NCBI GenBank assembly: GCA_964199315.1
Contig: OZ116698.1
Span: 19,096,001 to 19,160,000 of the forward strand
Source of the DNA: Orbicella franksi
Taxonomy: Eukaryota
DNA length: 64,000 bases
Reading direction: 5' to 3'
The translations under genes were made by a program, and so were the position numbers. Below, in pieces: positions 37,052-51,600 of the stretch. The first letter of the stretch is position 1; every line of letters begins with the position of its first letter. The notes below the pieces were generated by a model that saw nothing but the letters and a program-made list of their open reading frames with translations, was not told where the DNA came from and did no database searches.

Positions 37052-40000
37052 ATGTCGTCCTTAGAGAAGATGAAGATTCAAGGGATCCGGAGCTACTCCC
37101 ATCTTGAGCCTAGTATCATTGAGTTCCAGAAGCCTTTGACATTGATTGTTGGATCAAATGGAGCAGGAAAGACTGTAAGTGGCTTAATGAACTACTTCAT
37201 GAAAGGGCTGTTGTCTGATGAAATTCTAACTGCATTAGACATACAATGTACATGTAATGGCTAGACAAGTTTTCTTTATTATCATTGATGGCCTTCTTTA
37301 TTGAAGGCTCAAACACTACTAACTTAACTTGGAGTGTGTTTGCTCAATGCGTGTCAGGACATTGTAGTGGAGCCTCATACGTTAGAAAATTTAGTAACCC
37401 ATTGATCTAAAAAAATTGGTTGTCATGTGACTGTCCATCTGTACATACGTACATATGTCCGTCCATTACGCATATGCCACTTGCACTGCGTTTATGTGAG
37501 CTGAGCCTCATGTATATCTTGAAAAATAATAGAGTAGCGCCATTACTAATAAGTACATCTTTGATATTAGACATCCATGTTATGGTTAATTGACAGCTGT
37601 CAAAACAAGCTATCCATCGATCAGTATCATGTGACCATATTGTGGGCTTACGTTAAGTTTAGAGCTCATCAACATTGCATGTTTTTTTTTTTTAAGTTGA
37701 CTGCTGCCCAGGTACTGGGTTTTGATTGGATTGCAGGCTCCAGCCAGGTTATTACTTTGGGGAAAAGGACAGGGTACTTGTAAAAGCGAAATTTCACACA
37801 AATTAACCCCCTTTTCTTCCAAGATATTCCTTCCACCATCATCTTTTTGATTTGTAAATGTATATGTAACAGTTTGACAATCTCACTCAACTCAAAAGTG
37901 AACTAAGATTAAGGGGCAAAACTGATGAAGTTAAATGCAATAAGGAGCTCAAACCTTCCATGTACAGTACCGTTGCAGTTGGCGGTGTTTTGATTGGCAC
38001 ATGCATCAGTATTCCACATGATCTTAGACCTAAGGGCATACTGGCAATCTGTATTTACAATGTAGTCAGTGTTTTCTTGAGTGTTAACATTTTGTTAAGC
38101 GTGGAAACTCATCTCAGAAGTTTTTCTCCCCCACCTCCTTCCATCTCTGCCCACTGTTTTATTAGTGTGACAGGTGCTTATTTGCTCCCCTCCATGTGGA
38201 GGCTTCATGCTGGGTTGCCAAGATTTGGAAGCCATGGGAGAGGTCTCCATTTACATGTGGGAGCTGGGTGCCAATATTGGAAGCTCCTGGATGACTCAGG
38301 CACCCAACTTCCATTTGAGAGGCAGGTGTTAATTGGGGCTTATTCCATCTGTCAGTTTGTTTTTCCCTTTAGATCGTTTTGTTCCAGATAACATCAAAAC
38401 ACTGTACATGTGTCTCTCCTATGGATGTTGTTCTAGCTTGAACCTCTTTGCTCTCTAGAACTACTTTTGAAAATCTGGCTTCTGAAACACCCCTCCCTCT
38501 CTCAACTTCATTCATACAGTGTACATGTATGAAGACATATCAATATTTATATCAAATGAATGTAAATTTTAATTTTAACCAAAGTGGATGACTTAGTTGA
38601 ATACATGTACACCTGTAATAACTTTTACAATGCTTAAGTCTTGCACACAGAGAAACAGTATAGCAGTCAGCCATCTTGCCCTATTCCCAACCCTACATAC
38701 ATGTATGACTTTTCCAAAGAGACAAATTTTCTACTTTGTGATGGGTAGGCATTTTCCTCCCTAGACCTCAAATTCCATAATTTATGCTTTGATGTTTCCT
38801 TATGTTGGTGAAATTTTGCTTCCTGTTTTACAGTCAATTATTGAATGCCTAAACTACATGGCCACCGGAGACATGCCTCCAGGCGGCAAAGGAAATTTGT
38901 TTGTTCATGACCCTAAGGTAGGATGTACAAGAATAATTAGCTCATGATGATCAGTACTGGTACCAGTAATTCAGAGAGATTTTACATGCAATTAGTGATT
39001 TACAGACAAAAGCCCAATGTACTTGAATCATGAATGATGATACATTATATAACAAAACAGCCCATTGTACATGTACTTACAGTTTGTTTGAATCCTGACT
39101 TATGATACATTATATAACATAGAAAAGTCATGCCATCAGTGTTCATGTTCATATAAATGTGCATCATAATCCTATGATTATCACTCATAATTTGAGCTGG
39201 GTTAAGTTTGATTTGCCATTTCAATTGGCAATGTTTAAACTGCAATTATAATTTATTACTGATTCATCCTTTCAAGCTATGATTCACTTGGGAAATTTGG
39301 AGAACACTCAAGAAGATAGAGTTGCTCTCAACTGTACCTTGAGCAATGCAACTCTCAGGCTTCTTTCATGCTCCAAACTTCCTCATGTCTCATAACTTGA
39401 TGCACGCTTAAAACGTCAAACTTTTGGATCATGCGTACTTAAAGCAACTGCGGTTGGGTGTCAGTTGATACCTTCAATTGATGCCCTTTATAGATGTGTG
39501 ATCAACATCCCAATCTACATGTATACTCGATCGACTCTCGATTGACACTTGATCAACAGTTAGTCGCTAGTTGGCGGTCTCTTTTGCATTGTTCAAAATT
39601 TAGTCGACTGTTGACTAAGATGCTTATGGAACGTCAATCAAGTGTCAACTAATATGTCATGTAGTGTGTTGATTGATGGTTGATTAAGGGTATCGATCCA
39701 GGGTATCAATCCAGGGTATCGATTGATACAGCTGTACTTGACTGTGGATTCTCTTACATGTACACGTAAAACACATGGTCCAGATTTTCTTCGGATCATT
39801 TGTACTTCAGGCATCTGACAACCGAGTATCGACAGACACTATTGGTCAACGTGTTGACTGAGTGTTGGTATATATATGGACTGAGTATTGGCTGATACTT
39901 GACCGACACTCGGTCGCCATACCTAAAGACCAGCATTGGTTGCCTCTCCACTGATGTGCATGTCAGACAATGCTCGGTCAACACTTGGCCTATACTTTGC

Positions 40001-43000
40001 CGACATGCTCAGCCGATACTTTACTGACACTTGGCTGACAGTGGTCATTTGGTTAGCTCTTGTTACTGAGTTATATCAGGAGCCCATGGCTGTTTGTTCT
40101 ATCTTCTCTACTCAAATATTAGACAATTTTCTCTAGCCCTTTGAAAGTGACTTTTGGTGGCCATCATCTGTTCTTGAACTTTCATGCAGGCAACATTCAT
40201 CTATGTCAAAGACTGTTTATTTTCAGCATGTCTTTTTTCTCATCATCACTTTTACAGTGTATATAATGCAAAACAGCTATGGTCTAAAACAATAATAAAT
40301 AGAAGAGTAGGTGTTAAGCAGTCATTGATTCAACTCTCAACTGCTACTGATTTTTTAATGAAGTGTTTATTTGTTAGTTACATTTCTTCATTCATTTCTT
40401 CAGTTATTCCTTCCTATCAGAGCTTGTTCAAACCTCAAGTTACGTTAGATATGTATTTGAAATGTCGGTTGTTCGAGCTGTATCCTCCCTCTATCAACAT
40501 GGTGCATAGTCAATAGAGGCTCTTCTTTTACATTTTTAAAGGGAAGGGGCTAGGAGATTGCTGTCATTTCAGTAAAACAAGGGTCAACAATGTACAATAC
40601 CACTGACAGTCAACCAGTACACCACTGACAGTCCAATAATTATGCAGTTGACTGTTGATTGTAACATACATGTAACAGGTGAAGTGTCGACCAACATATC
40701 GAACAAGTGCCAACCAATATTGGCGACCGATGGTCTACCAACTTGAATAACATGTCGACTGACACTTGGCCGAATTTCAGTCAACATATTGGCATATAAT
40801 GATACATGTATCAACTGACACTCGGTCAACATGTCGACTGATAATATCGACTGATACTTGACTGAAAGATGCCTTTCTCTGTTTTCAAAGTGAATATGTG
40901 ACACTGCCCCTTTGAAATATCTACATTCATTCCTTTTTATGTTGTTTGGGGATCTGATTTTTATGTTGAATTCATTGAGGTTGCTGGTGAACTTGAAGTA
41001 CGTGGTCAAATTAAACTGAAATTCAGTGATGTCACTGGTAGTCCTATTGTTGTTACACGGACATTGGTATCTCAGCAAAAGGTACATGAGAATACACGGT
41101 AGCCTAACTGATTGTTTTATACATTGTATTGATATTATTATTGTTCTTGGAATCCAGTCATCAAGCACATTTGCACATTCTGTTTGTCACTGTCCAGTTA
41201 TTTTCTTTAATTTTAATTTGAACCACATTTTCAAATACATTGTACTTTGAGCTAGACTACATTTTAAAGGTGTATCAAGCACGTAATAACGTGCAAAACA
41301 GCTAGTTACATGACTGTACATTTTTTCTCGTGTCTTTGGTCCTCACTTGTTTAATATCTGACTTACCATTTGACTTGTGGCAATTCTTCATCATTGCCAA
41401 ATGACTCATGATCATAGCCTGCAGAACAGGCAGATTAGTGGAGCAGTGAGTGAGACGCGATACACGAGCGCGGAGCGTGACCATGATTTTTTTCGTCTTG
41501 CGCTTTGTGCTCGTGGTTGCGCTCCCTGCTTGTGTTTGGCATTTCACTCTAGCGTTTTGCTCTCTGCCCCACTAATCCACGTGTTCTGCAGGCTACATGA
41601 TCAGAGCTTTGCAGTCTTTAGTGTCATTTTAATGCTTAAATGCAAAACAAAACTTGACATTATTTACAGGGTAAAAAGGTGGAAACAAGGACAATGGAGG
41701 GAAACATAATGCGAGAAGTCCATGGAGAGGTACTTACAATCTACTTTTTTGACATGACTGCAAATCAAGTAACGCACACTTTGTTAATAAGGTTTCTGAC
41801 TTACATAGTTACATGTAAGTACATATGCATGATTGTATGTTTGATGATACAAGACATATACAGGAAGCTTTTGAGGGCTTGAAGTTTATAGATGTGTACA
41901 TGTACTTTTGTTTAGAGACGAAGTCTAAGCTCAAAGTGTGCTGATCTCAATAGAGAGGTAAGGATACATGCAACTGATTTGTGAAATATAGGCAAAGTTA
42001 AAATCTGAAAGCCAATGCTGGCCAATGGTCTGTCCGATAATATTATGTGAGGGGTACTGGGAGGAGTACCCGGGGTAATGCCATGTGTGCTTTGCTTGCA
42101 ATGTTTTCCTTGCTTGCTTGGTTTTCCCTCCCTTCAACTTAGGTAAGTATATCTTGCACATACTGTCTTTTCATAGTGCTGTGTTGACAAGTGCATGGAG
42201 GTAGCCTGTGTCTGGACTGCCATAATAGTGATCTCCTTGCTGTAGTGGATATTATGTGTATGTGCTCTCCTCTTCTGCTGCCTTTAAAGCACCTACCCCA
42301 TAATATTTCAATTGGTTTAGAGTTTAATGGGATTGATATTGCTACTGTGTTGATTTTCATTACGTGCTGTGTTTTGTGAGACTACAATATCAAGACAATA
42401 CATGTACCCCATAGTTGTTGCCTTCTGTACCAGCATGTCCTTTCTCCGCGAATAATCAAGTGTGTGAAGCTGTCTGGAATTAAGAGATTCTTGAATGATA
42501 AGACCGGGCATACTGTGGTTGAATAACTTACATGTATATATACACTTTACTTTTGTACATGTGTGTGGGGAGAAGTGTTTGCGCATGCACTAAGACACAA
42601 TCAACATTACATGTTGATCATCAGAGATCTATATGTGACATCTGAATACTTTACCTTGCATGAGATGGAAAGTCAAAATCATCATTTTTATGTACCATGA
42701 AGACTATTTCTTGTACATTAAATGAAATTATGTAACATGCTATAGGCTAAAGACAAAGTAACAAAGCCTGTTGGTCATGTGTTGCCTTGTTACAGAGATT
42801 GTGTTCTGAAATTCAATGGCCAATGAAATCGTTTTTGAAACCTCTGACCATCTTTACATATTGTATGCTTATGATGCAGGGTAACAAAGATTTATTATGT
42901 GCAATAATGTTACTTTAATTGTAAATAACTTTTGCATATTCTAATATTTAATTTTTTTTCAGATGATTTCATTCCTTGGAGTATCTAAAGCAGTCTTAGA

Positions 43001-46000
43001 TAATGTGATTTTTTGCCATCAAGAGGAGTCTAACTGGTGGGTATTGGATTATCTTGTTTATGAGAAGTAGGTTTCTGTTCTTACTAAGTAGCTGTGCATG
43101 TCTAGGTTAAAGGTCTATAGCATGGTACAAATTAAATAGTTATGTATCTTGGCACAGCTGTTTATAAAATTATGTCATAATTTTTTTCCCCTATTTTAAT
43201 TTTAATTACAGGCCTCTTAGTGAGGGAAAAGTGTTGAAACAAAAATTTGATGATATTTTTGCTGCAACAAGGTATAATGTCTCTGATCTTAATTATTACA
43301 TGCTCGTATACATGTATGCAAGTACTGGTGTACATGTAGAACTACACAACTAATTCTGTGATTGACAGGATATTAATAATGCTGAATTATGTTGAACATA
43401 ACAGCACAAAGATTAAATACAGAATTGCTTCATAACTTGGAAATATTTTCAAAAATGTTATTACTGCAGACTGTAGATGTTAGTGACTGACTTGTTTAAA
43501 AGTTTTTCTGTACTAATACAAGCTACATGTACTGTAATCATTACTTAATAAATGAATTGAAACTCAATTTGTAAATAACTCTCTTGTTATCAGATACATC
43601 AAAGCACTGGAAGCTATTCGTAAATTTAGACAAGAACAGGTTGGTGCAATGGGGTTTCTGTTTAATCTTCTTTTGAAAATATAGTTGACGAAACAGTTTT
43701 TCTCAAGTGAAAGTTTCACTTATTGGTTGCACCTTTCATAAAAAAAAAGAATTGTAAAGAAAACAGGTAAAAGAGTGAACTAAGATGTACTTTGCTGATC
43801 ATGGGCTTCAAATTGATATCAACAAGAGAGTGCACAGTGAAAGCATTGTATTATTAATTTTTGAATTCCCAGCATGGCAAGAATGTTTAAGTCCAGGGAA
43901 AGTAATATCATTTACAATATTCCTGTAATTATGGTTACTTGTAAATGTGATCCTATTAGAGTTAGCAAGAAGAAGGCCAGTGCTTCTGTGCATGTACCAT
44001 AATGTAATCCATACAAGTTATGTTAAGTTAGTTGTATGAGGCTGACAACAGAAACTTGTCTGGCATTTTCACGTTTCACAAATTCAAGTTGCTCACAACC
44101 AGTTGAGAGCATTGCTATTGGCATTATTTTGTTTTTGATTCTGCAGGCCCAAACTGTGAAAGAGTATTCCATAGACTTGACCCACTTAAAGGCAAAGAAG
44201 GAAAAAGCAGAAGAGGTAAAACAGTACTATGAAATTCAGTTGCTCAGTGATAACATACTGTTGTTAAATACAAGGCGGCTATAAGTAAAGATAAGAAACC
44301 TTGTGAGTTATATTAGACATGTATACTGTGAACACTTTAAAGTGACCCTTTAAAGCAAGATGTCAGTAATAATTGTTTTAATTGCACTTGGCAGATAGCC
44401 AATGAAATGAGAGAAACACAAGGAAAGGTTGAAGCATCCAAAGACACAGTCAAGGAGCTGAATAAACAACTTGAACCAGTAGAGGTAATACATGGCCTTG
44501 TACTATGAACCTACAGTGAAACCTGTATCAAGTGAACACCCTTTGGACCCTCACTAGTGTCTGCTTAATACAGGGTGTCTGCTCAAACCAGTTTCTAGTT
44601 TGTTGTGCAATAATAGTTAATTATTAACCCTTTTGTAACAGTGTAACACAGTGTAAGATCAAAGACTAGCTAAGACTGCTCATAGTACAAAGTCCAGTCG
44701 ATCAATGCATCAGTCTGGAATTATAATCACTTAGCTTTAAAAGGATATCGCTGAACAATGTTAAGGAGTCTCAGCTGAACCTTTAGAAGTAAAATGAGCC
44801 TTAAAGTGTCGGCTTATTGCAGGTTTTGTACAACAAAATGGCTTAATGTTGATGTCCGTGTCCGTTTAATAGAGGTGTCTGCTGAATGCAGGCTTATTAA
44901 TTTTTATAGTAAATGTGGGAAGAAAATCTTGGGACTTGAGCTGGTGTCCACTTAATAGAGGGTGTCCGCTTAATATGGGGTCCGCTTAATACAGGTTTCA
45001 CTGTATATGTTTGCTTCTTATGGAGTTATCCTTACTGCTCGGGTGTCGTGGGTCTTTTCTCAAACTGTATGCCATGTTTCTTGTCAAAGTACACATTCAG
45101 ACATAATGTGATCGTGTTTTGTTACAGCTGAGGTTAGCTGAGCTTGCAAGCATTGCAGATGATGTGTTTCAGCTAGAGAAAAAAGTTGGTAGGTGCTGAG
45201 CTAACTCTGAGTCTGCCCTTATTTTGTAGCTATTAAAATACAATCGTTAGTAAACATGTGCATATAGTATTACTGACAGTACTGTGCCCTCCCATGTACA
45301 CTGTACATTGTATAGTACTCTTTATAAAAACAGAATTTCCATATTATAGAAAAAGCACTATTGCACCAGAAGTTGAACTATTGTCATCAGATGATGAATC
45401 CAGAGTGGATGTGAAAGTGTAAATTGTTGGGCACCGTTACTCTCACAGTCCCTATTTGGTACCTTTGTATGTACTTGAAGGTGTTCCACTCTTATTTAAA
45501 ACATTTTTTAGGAGTTGATTTGTATTAATTTTGTATCTATTTTGTATCTTTTCATTACAGAGTCCTTGTCAACAGAAAAGAGGCAACTCTTAAAGGTGGA
45601 GGCAGATCTCAAAGAAAAAATCACAAATCTCTTTGATGGTAATACCACATTCGCCATAACTTACTGTAAATTTTGCTATCAGTACCATTTTATAAGTGTC
45701 TCAATTCAGTTTCCAATAGGTTAACTTTTGAACTACTGTAGCCTGGAAAAAATGTTCTCATAACATCTGAAACATTCTTTCTATTTTGTCATTAAATGCT
45801 GTCATTTATGTTTAGGTTCTGTGGAGGAACTTCACCAGATCTTTGAAGCGTTTCGATCAAAAGTAATGGAAAAGGAAAAAACCTTGAGAGAGGTAAGTCG
45901 GATTGTATTTTATGGACTTTAGCATTGTGAAGATTCAGTTGATCGCCCTCAGAATATTCATAAGGATTCTGAACCTGAGCGTTTGAGTCTGTGTTCAAAA

Positions 46001-48607
46001 TACCGCTTTCTGACTTGCCTCTGAATTGTTAATTACAAGTTAGAGAATTGTAACACCGAACTCAGTAATTTTTTTAAAAAAATCTAGTTAACGTTGTAAG
46101 TTGAGAGCCTGATTTGACACTTTCACATAGTGACTCGGATTTGAATCAAACTTCAGGCTAAACAGGAGTTTTGAAAGATCAAATAAAGAGTTTGCTTTTT
46201 CACAACCCATCATAATTGTTAATACATTCCAGAATGATCGCAAACTACAGACGCTGAACGAAGACCAGCAGATACTGACTGCTGACCAGAATCAGCTACT
46301 GTTGGATCATGGGAAACTTGAACAGAAGGCTCAGGTAACATTAAATGAAAACAAACTGCTAAATAAATGATTTATAAATAAATGTATTATAAATTACTGA
46401 AGGGCAGTTGTGGTACAAGGTAATAAACAGTGACACATTGCAGAAGGGATTACTCAGTAGATGATAAGATAGTCAGATGATATAGAGAGAAATAAATGGA
46501 ACATATCAAAATGATTAACGGTCGTCATAATAATTGATGCACAGATCCTAGGCATGGATAAATTATGATAAGGACAACAAATACTAGCTGGTGTGAACAA
46601 GTGACCATTGATGTTGGTTTGACCGAATTCCCAACTCTTTTAAAGTGTGTTTCTTTAGTTCGTGTTGGAGACAACTTGTGTCGTCCTTGTTTTTTATCTT
46701 CACGCATTTTCCTTTTCATTTTCCTCTTTCATAGCTGTTAGTTGGATTGGAAAACAATCTTTAACTGTGCTACAACCAAAATACTAATAATACACTGTAA
46801 AATAGCCACTGTGAAAGCGGCACTTACAGCACCACACATTAAGCTATAATAATTCCTTCTTCTTCTTTTGACAGAGACACAAACAGAATCTAAGTGAGAG
46901 AGACCAGTATATTACAGATCTTGCTGAGAAGTATGACTTCAGAGGTACTTGTACAGATTATTCAATTCACATGTACACTTCAGAACCTTGGGACAATGTG
47001 GCTTCTTTTTGAAGGGCTAATTTGTGTACGTTTATGGATTAAAAACACTCAACGATGAGTTATAATTTATACACAATGATTAATTAGTGTTTATGCAAGT
47101 CTTATGCAGAAAATCCAAAGTCTCAAAGGGTACTTTTGGGAAAAAAATATATCAATATAATGATAGAAGAATTTTTTTTTGATAGGTTATGAGAAAGGCC
47201 CCTTTTCTGAGGAAAAAGTAGATCGTTTTCTTGGAGAAATGAAGAAAAACTATCAAACCGTTATTGATGACACAAAACGTCAAAGGGTAAGCAAATAGTT
47301 CAAATTCATAAGGAAGGTTACCAACGTTCTCTATACATTTGGTGTTTGTATTGTATTTGAAGGAAGTGCTTTTCCAGTGATTCTATGATTTAACAGTTTA
47401 TTACAATGATCGTGAATATACAGTACAGTGGATAAAAACTGTTAAATATCCTTTCAAAGAAAAATGCTCTTTTAATATGTATACTGCGACCGTTGCACAA
47501 TACTCTGAAACAGCTCAACATTTTTTAAAGATATTAAGTTTAAAAATGCTATACACCTGTATGGGATTTGAATTGGCCTAAAATAATGTCTTTACTCTTT
47601 TTTTCTTTTACTTTTTTCATGTAATATTGCATTTTTTATTGGATGAATTCCACAGCAAGTATTTGACGAGAGCCTGAGCAAGGTACAGAAGAAACTTGAC
47701 GATATGAAGAAAAGTCAAGCACAGCGCGAGGAAACCATTCGACTCAAAAACAAACTCATGGTAATGAACTACAAATTTAATTTCAGTACAGGTTTTCGTT
47801 CGTGCACCTCATTCACGTTCCATTGAGATCTGATAGATTAGGCATTAAGAGAGCAAAGGAGAGAGTGTTGTTGGAAATAGAGTGAAACACGGCATGGTAC
47901 GACTGAATTAAGGAAACGGGTCTGTCTTGACAGCAGTACAAAACAGGCTTACTACTTTTGATGGCCGGGACAGTAGCACCATTGACTGACGGAAAACGTT
48001 TTACCTGATTCTGAGCGAGACGACTTCTCTACTCTGCGATCATACCCTCCCTCCCTGCAAAAAGAAAAAGTCTGATTTCAGGCTACCCCTTCTCAGGTTG
48101 TCGAAACGTCAGTTACAAACAACAGTTCCACGTGGGTTTGATTAATGTCCACTGTATGATCTTAGATATACAGAACGCATTTTTTTCAACGTGATCTTGC
48201 ATTGCAGAGGGAAAATCAACAGAAACTGAAACAAATAGGTCAGGAACTGAGTAACGTGGATGCTTCGGCCAACAGACTGAAAACACTGGAGGAAGAACTG
48301 CAGCGGGCGGTGTGTATCAAACTATCAATTCTTCTTACTCATTGGCACGTCAATGTCTGATGCAAATAGCTAAGTGGCTTAAGTGTTCGAAACTACTTAG
48401 TAAAGCCAACTCTTATGGTGGCTTGATACCGTAAAAACGCGATATTTCAGTTTGCCGGTGAGAAAATGATTGACGGAAAGCAAGTACAGCCAAGTTGTCG
48501 GCTATCAATAACCAATAGTTGTAAAAAAGCGTCGTGTTTTGCGATAGCTGTAACTTCATTCCAATGACTTACTAGGCTCTTACAAGCTACAGAGACTTAG
48601 TGCATTA

Positions 48608-48654
<47 letters not shown>

Positions 48655-51600
48655 ATGTATGATAATTGTAACACCTTTACAGAGGCGTAATATTGTTCTA
48701 GTTAACAATTATTCCACGCGCATTGGATTTGAAATGACAAATATAGCCGCCTCATTGGCTGTAGCCATCTCATGTCCAACAAGTGTGATTGGAAAAATAA
48801 TTGGTTTATAAAAACGCTCCCAAAACTATAGAAAACTAAACTAAAACAAGACATAGACATGGAATATATAAAAAAATAAACACATAAAAAGTTAAAACAC
48901 CACCCCCCCCCCCCCTCAATAAAAAGTCTTGAATTGTATTATTCAATTACTCAGTTTTAATAATACGCGATAGCTGTAACACCCTTTCAGTATAAGTTAC
49001 AGAGGTTCAGTATAGTTACCTTTTTACTTGCAGGAGAGAGAGCTGGAAGGTGCTCAGGAAAGTGGCAATGTCAATGTGTTATGCAAGGAGATTGATAAAC
49101 TGCAAACTGACAAGCGTGAAGTGGATAATGAACTACGTCGGCTAAGAGAAGAACAGCAAGCGATGCACATGCAGTCCACAACTCAGGCTAAACTGGACAT
49201 GCTGGCCAAAGACAAGAGCAACAAAGAGGATGCTATCCAGAAAATGTGAGAGAATGTGACGCGCGCCAGTGTGGCCAATTGATTCATTTTGTTTCATTTA
49301 ACAGCGTTTTCACACGCATGCATTTCCGATGAAAACAGTCATCAGTGTAGCGTGGACAGAGGGCGAAAACGCAGAAAATATTGCTTTTTTAAACGAAAAC
49401 ACAGTAGTGTGGACGGGGCAACAGATGACAACCTCCTTCAAAGACAAAAAAAGCCCAAAATGGGAAAGAAAAAGAAATTGGTCAACTACAAGCAAGATGA
49501 TTTGTTGACAACCAACAGATTTGATGAACTGCGATCCATTTCCACCCTTGTAATCCTTATCGTCAGTGCCATTTTCCTCTTTTTCCTCTCTTTCTGCCAT
49601 TTTCTTCTTTTTTTGTATGTACATTAAATGACGTCCTCAATTAACAACATGGGAATTAGGAAAGCTAAAAATAATCAGCCGGGGCGCTGTCCCTTAAAGA
49701 CAATTAAAATTCCCAAACAATTTGTTTTGTCGCAAATCTAAAGAATCAGAACGTCCTCTCGCGAGTTCCTTGTTGTCTCATTCTAGACATCCATTGCTAT
49801 ATTTTGGTTTTCTTTTATTCAGTATGGACCGTCATGAAGAAGATCTGAAATCCACGCTGGGCGCACGTGGTACGTCAGAGAGCCTGCACACGAGATTACA
49901 AGAACATGTGAGGGTCAAACAAAGAGAACTGAAGGAAATGAGAAACAATCTACAGAAACAGAAACAACTACTGTCCTCCAAACAAATGCGAAAAAAGATG
50001 ATCACGTAAGAATCATGACTTACTAGAAATTAGAAGTAAAAATTCCATTGAAAACTGTCGAGTTTACACACTGTAAGAAGAATGCAGATTTCAGGTAACT
50101 ATTTGTACTTAATTTTTTACTGTTCTTTAACAGAGAGAACTTAAAAGAAAAGGAGAATCAGGCATGGCAGCACAAAAGGCAGATATCCGAGGCGTGTGGG
50201 GAGAATGACTATAACACCACAAGGGAAATCATTAGCAGCAACATCGCCTCTCTACAAGAGTAAGTTACAGCTCCGGAAACAGGTGTCGTGTCTGTTTGAT
50301 TTTTGTGAAGATCGTTATCAACCAGTAAGGAGTTGTGTGAGTACTCGCGAGCAATCCGAAAATTGCCACGTCAGCTTAACGGCATAGAGTATCCCCATGT
50401 TACTCAGAAACGACAGAAATCGGCCTTGAAAGCGAGAAGCCTCCGGCTAGATCTTATCTTGTGAATTGCTTTGTACTTTTTTTTATCGCTTTTTTTAGTA
50501 GTTATATGCTACTTGATTGTTTCAAGAACGTCTCACAACATGACATAACCTAATAGAGTGAGAATATCCGTTTTGGCTGAGCTAAGCAGTTGACAAAAGA
50601 AAAAAAAAAACGTTTGGCAATTCCGATATAAGTTTATTTATGTATATTAAAAATAATATATATATACATGTATTACACTTGTTGTATCCATGAAAACTAG
50701 TCTTTTGATCAGTTTCCTGCGGTTTTACGATTTTACGTTTGTAGACATGCAGGCAATATCACCAGTAGTCAACATGTTAACATGTTTTGTTGTTCTTGTA
50801 TCGCATCGCGCAGTGAACGAGGTATTATCGGCTCATTGGAGAAAATCTATTCCAAGTATGTTTCTAAACTGGAGAGTGAAGATGTGCACACGAGTGGCTG
50901 TCCTCTGTGTCACAGGACATTTGAGAACAACAGGCAGATTGCTGCTCTTGTCACTGAGGTAACGTATCATGATAAAATCTGTCTACACGGTTGAATCTCT
51001 CTACAGTGGTCACTCTGGAACGGAATAAACGTGGACATTGCAGTAGAAAAGTGACCATTATTGTGGCCGCTATAGGGTTGACTGGCTTTTTTGAAATGCT
51101 AATTAAATTTTAGTGAAGTATTCTTTCTCTGTGATAAAAAAAGAAAATTCAGTTAGGTCTCAAAACTGAAAAACAGCTCATTTCTTCTTACAAAGCCAAC
51201 ACAATGTCCAGTTGACGGGTAACGAGACTTATAAAGTCATCAACTTGAGGATAGTTTCGATGTTCAACCAAATTCTTTCATCTAACATTGAACGAACTCT
51301 ATGGTAACCAATAAGGAGAACTGAAACTACTCTTGGTACGAAAAGAGTTAGAGGCTCTTTTGAGCTCACGATCTGATGACTGCATGCATAAACAACTTGT
51401 TGTCGGTGACTGCTGAGGATGAATGTATGGTAACATAAAAATATTTTACTGCCAGCTAGCCTGTTTACGACTACGCCAATCCAGGATTAAGTTAAATTTT
51501 GATTTGGTTTTTGAACTCTTCAGCGATGTTTTCAGTTTACAGTTTTTTCCCTTCCCCTCCCAGTTTTGACGTGTGGACTAATTTCAAACCCCGCAAAACA

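Noticed and set aside
38941-39100. Intronic box C/D snoRNA candidates (ATGATGA words here and near 45390)
   Set aside because: No suitably spaced CTGA box or terminal stem found.
40584-41168. 194-aa minus-strand ORF
   Set aside because: Runs antisense through RAD50 exon 3 and a decayed MITE; no domain.
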